A DNA stretch of 64,000 bases, from assembly GCA_051294375.1 (NCBI GenBank), contig CM119263.1, positions 13,127,163 to 13,191,162 of the forward strand, read 5' to 3'. Both the position numbers and the translations under genes were made by a program. How positions within the stretch are numbered: the first letter of the stretch is position 1; each line of letters starts with the position of its first letter. Positions 49,301 to 64,000 of the stretch are shown piece after piece. The notes beneath the pieces are model-generated. The model was given only the letters and a program-made list of their open reading frames with translations, had not been told where the DNA came from and searched no databases. The DNA comes from Paraspadella gotoi. Its lineage: Eukaryota > Animalia > Chaetognatha.

Positions 49301-49806
49301 GATCGGAGTTTAAATTTCAGAATCACAGCGGAACCATCTTCACTTATCAAGTAAAGTTTCTCGCCGGACAGAGAGTGAAGCCTTCCGTTTAAGCTCATCG
49401 TTTTTCTGCCCGCTCCCGGCAGATTCCGAAAGGCGAGAGAACATCGTGGGCCGACGTGTTCGAGTTCTTCGAACAGAGAAAGTCCGCCTTGGGCGTGGTC
49501 GATTACTCCGTGACGCAGACGACGCTGGAGGAAGTGTTCCTCCGTCTCACCCTCGCCGGCGTCGAGCAAAACGTCAATCGCGACGATGTCGAAATCTATG
49601 TCACTGATGCGGACGACGACGGTTTCGTTGACATCATCTTCACCGAAGACGAGGGCTTCGACCAGAACAACAACTATCGCGCTCGCCGGAAATCGAGAAA
49701 GAGGAAAAAGAAAACGCAACTTCAAAACTACGACGACGACGACGATGACGACAAGGGATCTAAAATGGTCGATAATCGGACGGACGACAGGCAGAGGCTA
49801 CTTTAG
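4396..49806 (+). CDS. ABCA3: Full-size ABCA-subfamily lipid transporter (ABCA3-like), multi-exon, 5' end probably upstream of window
   Basis: Exons read by eye with GT-AG ends and mostly consistent phase: 4396-4573, 4693-4858, 4934-5000, 5071-5137, 6487-6663, 7228-7480, 10251-10467, 24946-25333, 27611-27785, 28118-28275, 28431-28526, 33099-33254, 33314-33442, 33550-33710, 33942-34112, 35266-35549, 35692-35893, ~36761-36897, 37067-37113, 38882-39065, 39132-39277, 39721-39820, 42084-42260, 42637-42692, ~45574-45687, 46407-46544, 46751-47140, 47207-47294, 47409-47516, 47584-47682, 48595-48708, 48831-48928, 49040-49136, 49211-49350, 49423-49806. ABCA hallmarks: [20 protein letters not shown], two NBDs, [27 protein letters not shown]. 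The structure around 35900-36760 and 42700-45570 is unresolved. The symbol means ABCA3-like, not proven orthology. Confidence 0.93.
5600..5990. repeat. (TTCAT/TTCAA)n microsatellite followed by a degenerate ~21-bp minisatellite
   Basis: Visible pentamer runs, then atcattgcatcaataatt-like units that are the reverse complement of the 29840-30270 array. Confidence 0.8.
6159..6230 (+). pseudogene. tRNA-derived (Glu-CTC-like) SINE head / pseudo-tRNA
   Basis: A-box-like tggtgctggagg, loop ctCTCaa, B-box-like ggttctagcc, imperfect acceptor stem gcggcca/tagtcgt; anticodon stem degenerate. Confidence 0.7.
6233..6308 (+). ncRNA. Twister ribozyme, circularly permuted type P5, with minimal palindromic P1
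   Basis: P5 ggcagt/actgct; P2 ccc/g(a)gg; GA at 6246-6247; pseudoknot cgg (6248-6250) with ccg (6290-6292); TAA cleavage motif 6257-6259; GC 6263-6264 with GC 6295-6296; P3 ctgtaac/gttacag; P4 cctga/tcagg with loop tccgaagc. Confidence 0.78.
6487..6663 (+). CDS. ABCA exon: end of extracellular domain 1 and TM2
   Basis: ag|GA TTT ATT GCT GTA CAA TGG = GFIAVQW...QQLPFP...[11 protein letters not shown]; ends at gtaag donor; not in the ORF track. Confidence 0.85.
6680..7010. mobile_element. MITE-like element carrying degenerate (TTAGGG)n
   Basis: Imperfect ~28-bp inverted ends (actcttattttctaaaagcgcctcatttc / gagataaggcacttttgaaaagagt) around ttaggg/attaggg repeats at 6740-6900. Confidence 0.6.
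7228..7480 (+). CDS. ABCA exon: TMD1 with EKxxxxKExxxxMG motif
   Basis: [32 protein letters not shown] followed by hydrophobic helices; cag acceptor, gtaat donor. Confidence 0.9.
7775..9050. mobile_element. Old foldback element (long imperfect palindrome)
   Basis: Colinear inverted blocks, e.g. ataatgacccat/atgggtcattat, acaagttaacc/ggttaacttgt, tgacagaaaatattt/aaatattttctgtca. Confidence 0.7.
9361..10016 (-). mobile_element. DINE-1/Helentron-like non-autonomous element (family A), complete copy
   Basis: Subterminal IR gccggatctgc / gcagatccggc, terminal hairpin agccggtatctgc-tgtta-gcagatccggct, small hairpin gtttg-ag-caaac at the other end, (GGAC)n microsatellite, A/T-run flanks without TSD. 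Other copies or pieces at ~5170-6425, 18365-19034, 20507-21125, 26300-26996, 28974-29766, 34485-35158, 37427-38126. Confidence 0.8.
10251..10467 (+). CDS. ABCA exon: TMD1 helices
   Basis: [18 protein letters not shown]...[14 protein letters not shown]; phase-consistent with flanking exons; followed by a 14.5 kb intron. Confidence 0.82.
10507..10680 (-). repeat. GC-richer structured interspersed repeat (SINE-like), copy 1
   Basis: B-box-like gggttgaatccc inside a hairpin; homologous to 27288-27471. Confidence 0.55.
10800..11047 (-). mobile_element. Second Helentron/DINE-like family (family B)
   Basis: caatgtgttgctccg ... gac(a/c/g) microsatellite ... terminal hairpin agttgccccgcgagtactcacggcgcaact + aaaaa; related pieces at ~25830-26135 and ~42363-43436. 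Confidence 0.6.
11203..11942 (-). mobile_element. TRIM (miniature non-autonomous LTR element) nested in the Gypsy 5' LTR
   Basis: 253-bp direct repeats 11203-11455 and 11690-11942; TSD ATCG (11199-11202, 11943-11946); tRNA-Trp-like PBS on the minus strand at 11655-11687; 234-bp non-coding interior. Confidence 0.92.
12466..13528 (+). CDS. gag: Gag with CHCC zinc knuckle; two frameshifts near 12854 and 12937
   Basis: [57 protein letters not shown]; restoring single bases gives KSKFAHLESKI...AWEQF. Confidence 0.88.
13498..13540 (+). promoter_or_regulatory. -1 programmed ribosomal frameshift signal at the gag-pol junction
   Basis: G GGA AAC in the gag frame (13498-13504), 6-nt spacer, hairpin ggggga-cgc-cggcg-gtgag-cgccg-ttcccc; the -1 frame is open into the protease. 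Confidence 0.8.
13525..17333 (+). CDS. pol: Pol (protease, RT, RNase H, integrase); frameshift near 14340
   Basis: LVDGGA and ILGADFL (PR); [22 protein letters not shown] (RT); [22 protein letters not shown] (RH); H-H-C-C zinc finger, D-D-E core, GPY motif (IN). Confidence 0.95.
21369..22035 (-). mobile_element. Penelope-like element pLTR fragment with inverted tail
   Basis: 49-bp perfect inverted repeat 21369-21417 / 21987-22035; hammerhead motif; shares gtgagggatagataagt and gagctcaaaa..tgagctggccccc with the GIY-YIG-bearing copy at 30809-31979. Confidence 0.8.
21414..21458 (-). ncRNA. Minimal type I hammerhead ribozyme
   Basis: Minus strand: taccg CTGATGA a gactc gaaatgaa gagtc GAAA catGTC^cgta; palindromic ACATGT stem III. 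Confidence 0.85.
23113..23835. repeat. Degenerate tandem array with conserved (TT)TACGCCA motifs
   Basis: About 15-18 exact or 1-mismatch copies in quasi-periodic groups; the last few are inverted (tggcgta). Confidence 0.75.
24946..25333 (+). CDS. ABCA exon: TM6 to start of NBD1 Walker A
   Basis: [30 protein letters not shown]...[10 protein letters not shown]...[22 protein letters not shown]|AGKSTT, split by an intron. Confidence 0.93.
27288..27471 (+). repeat. GC-richer structured interspersed repeat (SINE-like), copy 2
   Basis: Colinear homology with the reverse complement of 10507-10680 (tgaccac, aatccca, tacct, cgggaa-gcgtg-gga, gcgtag, ttccaag). Confidence 0.55.
27611..28526 (+). CDS. 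ABCA NBD1 exons (27611-27785, 28118-28275, 28431-28526)
   Basis: AGKSTT (Walker A), [18 protein letters not shown] (Q-loop), LSGGTKRK (signature), [10 protein letters not shown] (Walker B). Confidence 0.95.
28632..28852. mobile_element. Palindromic MITE
   Basis: atttgtcgacttttggaacagaaagaatccattcatgaaactagt... is mirrored by ...actagtttcaagaatgggttctttctgttcaaaaagtcgacaaat. Confidence 0.75.
29840..30270. repeat. ~21-bp minisatellite (ttgatgcgatgataaccaaata)n
   Basis: Directly visible tandem units; explains three spurious minus-strand ORFs. Confidence 0.9.
30809..31979 (-). mobile_element. 5'-truncated Penelope-like retroelement (GIY-YIG endonuclease C-terminus plus pLTR)
   Basis: RFKQH...SAIAEH...GH...[21 protein letters not shown] is typical of the Penelope-type endonuclease end; the frame continues past one TGA to 31465; short inverted ends aggaaatgtttat/ataaacatttcct; hammerhead in the pLTR. 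Confidence 0.88.
30855..30895 (-). ncRNA. Minimal type I hammerhead ribozyme
   Basis: Minus strand: ag CTGATGA a gactc aaaccagca gagtc GAAA catGTA^ct. Confidence 0.82.
32678..32823 (+). mobile_element. Tiny Penelope-like insertion: mutated hammerhead between ~54-bp inverted repeats
   Basis: aTGATGA a gactct aaaactca agagtc GAAA catGTA (32737-32774, first core C changed to A); inverted repeat 32678-32731 / 32770-32823. Confidence 0.75.
33099..34112 (+). CDS. ABCA NBD1 H-loop and regulatory domain 1 exons (33099-33254, 33314-33442, 33550-33710, 33942-34112)
   Basis: [24 protein letters not shown]...[22 protein letters not shown]; [18 protein letters not shown]. Confidence 0.92.
35266..35549 (+). 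CDS. ABCA exon: TM7 and start of extracellular domain 2
   Basis: [31 protein letters not shown], typical start of the second half of ABCA proteins. Confidence 0.88.
38210..38563 (+). mobile_element. Possible 3' end of a LINE (ORF2 C-terminus plus AATAAA tail)
   Basis: Open frame [12 protein letters not shown]...[21 protein letters not shown] loosely resembles LINE ORF2 ends; followed by a T-rich UTR and two AATAAA; abuts a truncated family A copy. Confidence 0.3.
38882..39820 (+). CDS. ABCA TMD2 exons (38882-39065, 39132-39277, 39721-39820)
   Basis: [13 protein letters not shown]|[18 protein letters not shown]; [18 protein letters not shown]. Confidence 0.9.
40257..40735. repeat. Interspersed AT-rich repeat family
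   Basis: tagccatagccgatgaaatttaaatgctaatgtatacagcg... recurs at 44344-44805; reverse copy around 32350-32640. Confidence 0.7.
40765..41120 (+). mobile_element. 5'-truncated LTR fragment followed by a 39-nt antisense copy of the tRNA-Leu 3' end including CCA
   Basis: TATAAATA near 40945, AATAAA near 41027, end ...tttccata at 41077, then tggtggcagcggtgggattctaacccacgcctccgaaga (41082-41120). Confidence 0.75.
41361..41550 (+). mobile_element. Diverged solo LTR of the TRIM family
   Basis: gtggcggtatattcac ... catcacaggcaacccggctgttgccata matches the reverse complement of 11690-11942, with internal deletions. Confidence 0.85.
43100..43197 (+). mobile_element. Probable LINE/SINE 3' tail
   Basis: GC-richer segment followed by aataaa(tctaa)3tct microsatellite tail. 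Confidence 0.4.
43545..44153. mobile_element. Palindromic MITE family, copy 1
   Basis: gcgtagtaaaa ... tttcactacgct with internal mirror symmetry (ttcattaagtgggt / acccacttaatgaa). Confidence 0.75.
44161..45015. mobile_element. Tc1/mariner-type MITE
   Basis: TA|cagggtcttcgagctattttgggaata ... tattccaaaaataactcgaagaccctt|TA. Confidence 0.7.
46248..46284 (-). ncRNA. Degenerate minimal hammerhead (Penelope relic)
   Basis: CTGATGA a gact cgcaaaat agtc cAAA catGTT; GAAA mutated to CAAA, probably inactive. Confidence 0.6.
46407..49806 (+). CDS. ABCA TM12, NBD2 and C-terminal exons
   Basis: [15 protein letters not shown]; AVDGISFSV; [19 protein letters not shown]; LGYCPQHD; [14 protein letters not shown]; [18 protein letters not shown]; [18 protein letters not shown]; [14 protein letters not shown]; TAG stop ending at 49806. 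Confidence 0.96.
47729..48428. mobile_element. Palindromic MITE family, copy 2, with a Penelope/hammerhead insertion
   Basis: agcgtagtaaaa ... tttcattacgct; colinear with 43545-44153 except for an extra segment at ~47960-48085. Confidence 0.75.
48045..48084 (-). ncRNA. Minimal hammerhead variant (TTGATGA)
   Basis: cg TTGATGA a gactc gaaacaat gagtc GAAA catGTA^tg. Confidence 0.68.
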
Positions 49807-50889
49807 CTTCTAAAGGAGTTTTATCCAAAATATCCAAAATATCCAAAATAACTCTAGCGCTATGAAAAAGTGGAAAAAAAAACAAGTGAAAAAAAACGCG
49901 CCACCTAATAAACATAGATTTTATATAAAATATACAAATATACAAATATTTATAAAGTTTATTGAAAGATTTTGACATAAATTTTTATAAAAATTGGGCT
50001 ATCTGTGATTTTTCAGCAAAGCAGAATGTGAAGAAATTTCATTAATTTAAGATTTATTTAAAAAAACTATTTTATGTTACTTGTAGTAGATTAAAAATTA
50101 AAAAAAATATGCTAGTCATTCGGAGGGATATCTGGATAACTGGATTGATCTAAATTCCTAAATAATAATTTCAAAGTTATTGAAAAATACAATTATTCTA
50201 AAGATTACAAATAAAATTCAATTTTCCCTTCTTGTTTTGGAACTCGCAAGTTTAAAAAATCATCTCTTAAACAATCAACTGATTGTAATTAAAAAAATTA
50301 ACAATTTTTTTTTTATAATTTTAAAAATATTCTTATCGATCGTTTAAAATATTAATTTATAAACTGGCGCGTATTTTTTTTTTTAAATGAGAGTAAAGTA
50401 ATAAAATTTAATTCGATTATTCAAAGATAAGGGTGCAAATATATTGGAATATTTTGTTTGACTGATGGAACTACCCTTTTTAGTGTGTACATTTAGCTTT
50501 AAAAGAAATATAAATTTGTTAAGAAGTCTTGAAAAATTTTTTTTAGAAATAAATTTATATACAGAAGAGATTAATATTGATAATTGTATTTGGGACAATG
50601 GCTGTGGACAGCATAAAAAAACTAATTTTCATGAAAAAAGAGAAAATTAAGACAAAAGAAATGAAAAGACAGAGGACGCTAGGAATATGTTAGCCCTGCT
50701 GCATTGATTCCTAAAACAAAAAGCATTTATGATTCAACTCAGTTTGGAGCCGATATGAAAATATGTAAAATTGGTACATCTCATGTAGAAATTATCAATT
50801 CATTTAAAAATTAAGCTTTCTTGCTATATAAATCCTATTGTTGATAAAGGCCTCCATCCTTTTTACAAGAGAATAATATATAATTTTTT

Positions 50890-51200
50890 GAAATATTTTC
50901 CACTTCATTAATAGGGAAGCCAGGTACATTGGGAGTGAATAAATGAGACTGAGAGAGTCTTGATTGAAAGCTTGCAGGGACTTGCTCTGTCATTATCTTT
51001 TAAGAGTGATGGAGGCCTTAAACCACCAAAGCCTGTCCAAAGTCAGGGGCAAGATAGCTTATTTATTAAATGAATGGATAATTTTTATATTGGTTGTATC
51101 AATTTCATAGCAGGACCCTGCAAGCTTTCAATCTCTCACAGTCTAGTTTTTTTACTCCCTAAGTACCTGACTTCCCTATCAATGAAGTCGCATAATATTC
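50890..51200. mobile_element. Palindromic MITE
   Basis: acttcattaatagggaagccaggtac...gattgaaagcttgcaggg is mirrored by ccctgcaagctttcaatc...gtacctgacttccctatcaatgaagt. Confidence 0.75.
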
Positions 51201-52206
51201 TAAAGAACGTTTGGACTCAGAAATTTCTCTGAAATTTTTGTCCGGGGGATTGTTTTTTCATTGTAAAGTTGTTTAAACTAAAAGTTAATTTTCGGTTTTA
51301 CTGAAACTTTACCCAGTGAAAAATGTTTGTTTTAAGAAAAGTCGGCTTGTGAATTGCAGTGTAATGAAAACTTAAAGAAGAGCGAATTATATTTTGTTTT
51401 TCAAATGTTTGTTATCTATCAATAGAGGAGCACCCAATCGCCAACTGTCTTTTTGTTTCGAGAAGCTATATCGCTCACGCTCATGGACCTCACTATATTT
51501 AATTAGAATTCGTACAATAAAATTTTGCCTAATATATTTTAAAAGTTAAAACTGATATACATAATTTCATATTTTTAATTTAGTGATCTCTTGACATTTA
51601 GTTTCATCGTTTGAGTTTTTGTTTATTCGTTTGAAACTTTACCCCAGATTCCCATGAGTTATCTGAAAATTTAATTTTACATTTTTTTTTTCATTAAAGG
51701 AAAGTCTTCTCACTTTTTTTTTCCAACCGCAAACCTCCTTCCTCTTTTTTCAATTTCGACGAGAAGTCTGAGTGACGCATTTGTTGTCTTCGTCACCTGT
51801 TTCTTCCTTGATAGTCTCCTCGGATTTGATTTGCTAATTTCCTCGGTGCGCTTCCCTTCCGCTTCCCTTTCGCTTCCCCTCTATTCTCGCACCCGCTAAA
51901 AAAAAGTGGATGAACTAATATTAGGATTCAGATTCAATCAGTTCCTATGTTTTTGTAGTTTTTTTTTTCGATTTCAAACAATTTCCAGCCTTAAAGAATA
52001 GAAAGCGTAACAAAATCTAAAACTACTTCCAAAGAATTTATTACAAATCTAGTATCGTTTGTTATTGCGCGGTTTTTTGGCAAAGGTGAACGCACCCGTC
52101 GCCACCCACCCGGCAACTGCCTCAAAGTTTTACTTCTCGGTTTCAAGAAACCTTTTTAAAAATTCGAATTCCGATTGTTTTCGGATGCAGATGAGAAGAA
52201 GATTGA

Positions 52207-62160
<9,954 letters not shown>

Positions 62161-62557
62161 AAACATCGGATTCATCTGTCATCAATTTACACCTCCGGAT
62201 TCGCCCTCTCATCGTCCCTCTGCGTCCTCTTTCCGGGGATGAAAACTTATTTGCCTCCGACGTCCGATTAAAAAAGGACGTGAGGTGTAGCTCGCAGGAA
62301 TAGAAGGGAAAGTAGGCGATGGTGGTCGAGGAAGGGAGAGAGTGGCGTGCGTGTCCGAGCTATGATACAGATTTGATAAGCTAGTGGTAAGATAGTAACT
62401 TCATGAGTTTTGTGGCCGTGGGTGGCATCGTAGGAAGACGTCGAAGGTTAGTGGACTAGGACCTAGAGCGGCATTTCGTCTCTGAAAATTTTTTGAACGT
62501 TTCTAAGGGCAACAATTAAAGAATTTCCGAGAAACGGTTTTAGTTTACGCTCAACTA

Positions 62558-62582
62558 NNNNNNNNNNNNNNNNNNNNNNNNN
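62558..62582. other. Assembly gap with partly duplicated flanks
   Basis: N run; 62583-62775 imperfectly repeats ~62320-62557. Confidence 0.9.
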
Positions 62583-63694
62583 GCGTGGGTGGATCGAGAA
62601 AGGGAGAGATGTGTGGGCGTGGGTAGATACAGTAAACAGGAGATTTGTGGGCGTGGGTGGATCGAGGAAGACGTGAAGGTCTATGACTAGAAGCGAGAGG
62701 CGATGTTGAAAATTTTGAAGTTTTAGGGCAACAATTAAAGAATTCCGAGAAACGGTTTTAGTTTACGCTCAACTACTGTTAACAAAAAACATTTTTTTCC
62801 ATAGCAAAGTTTCGAATGTATATATATATAATCGGTATAGGTTAAAAGTTAAATATAACAAAATTAAACAGATTTTGTGAAAGATTTTTACGTTGCGTTT
62901 CCTGTTGGAACAGTTCCGTGTTCGTCTCGTCACGTTCGCGGAGACGAGGATAACTTCTATGATTAGGTTATCCAGTTTTTCTTCTTCTATTTCTTTTGAC
63001 TTCTCCTTCCTTCCCATCTCCTTCTCCTTCGCCTTCGGAAAAAAAAGAGGAAAAGAGGCGTAATTGAAAAACTCCCTTTAATCAGACAAAAGGGATAATG
63101 AAAACCCGCGAGGGTGTGGTCGATGGGGGGAGGGGAGTGGTCGATAGGGGGAGGGGAGTAGTCGATAGGAGGGAGAGTGGTCGATCGGGAGAGTAGCGTG
63201 GTGCATAGGGGTTAGTTGAAAAGAAAGAACAGTAGCTGTTAAGGGTGGGAGGTGGTCGCTAGAGAATGAAGTGGTTGAATAGATCGGGGATAGATAGGAT
63301 AGGAGTGATAAATAGGATAGATAGATAGGAGTGGTCAAAAATGTAGAAGGAGAGAGGATGTAGTAATAGCAAGGATAGATCACGTTCCTTTCGGGGAATT
63401 AGTTCGTCTTTACAGGAATATCCTTTGGAGTTTGGAGGGTGGGTGCTTCGTTCCCTGGAGTAAGGACATCGGCTTAACGTGGTCATGAGGTTGTGTCGAT
63501 ATCGATGAGGATGCCTTACGTTTTCACATAAGTAGCAAAAGAGAGTCTCGAGTCGTCGAATGGATTCGAGAAGGATACCACAAGGTTTATCATTAAGTCA
63601 CAGATAATCCTATCCATGATTAAATTTTTGTGAACAATGATATAATTAATATAATAGTGTCAAAAGAAATCCCAAGATATCAAAAAAAATTCTC

Positions 63695-63856
63695 NNNNNN
63701 NNNNNNNNNNNNNNNNNNNNNNNNNNNNNNNNNNNNNNNNNNNNNNNNNNNNNNNNNNNNNNNNNNNNNNNNNNNNNNNNNNNNNNNNNNNNNNNNNNNN
63801 NNNNNNNNNNNNNNNNNNNNNNNNNNNNNNNNNNNNNNNNNNNNNNNNNNNNNNNN
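63695..63856. other. Assembly gap
   Basis: N run. Confidence 0.99.
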
Positions 63857-64000
63857 GAATGTATGAAAGGCGGTTGATCGGAGTGGGCGTGTCTGGGGCA
63901 GCGCCGCTCGCCGGAAACAAGATCGTGCGGAGGTGAGAGCAGAGTAATTGTTTTACGAAATCTTTCGATAGAAGGAGGAGACGAGAAAAGGGAGATGGAG

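Noticed and set aside
62320-62775. Apparent tandem duplication
   Set aside because: It straddles an N gap and is most likely overlapping low-quality contig ends.
63100-63600. Purine-rich 21-bp repeats followed by tgtagtaat, a possible PPT plus LTR start
   Set aside because: No second LTR, TSD or coding remnant is visible before the gap.

Overview
AT-rich, repeat-laden animal (invertebrate-like) genomic DNA, with two assembly gaps near the end. The main gene is a + strand, multi-exon, full-size ABCA-subfamily (ABCA3-like) transporter from about 4396 to its stop at 49806; its N-terminal exon(s) appear to lie upstream of the window. The introns hold: a near-complete CsRn1-clade Ty3/Gypsy LTR retrotransposon (11194-17881) with a TRIM nested in its 5' LTR; Penelope-like fragments carrying five minimal hammerhead ribozyme motifs; many DINE-1/Helentron-like elements; and several foldback MITEs. 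A second non-autonomous LTR element with TA...TA ends lies at 1161-3063. The most striking observation is a ~200 bp element at 6128-6340. There a tRNA(Glu)-like Pol III module is fused directly to a circularly permuted (type P5) twister ribozyme with compensatory base changes and a palindromic mini-P1, all enclosed by a 10-bp inverted repeat. The last ~13 kb has no recognisable protein-coding gene and is rich in GA microsatellites. All alignments and folds were done by eye.
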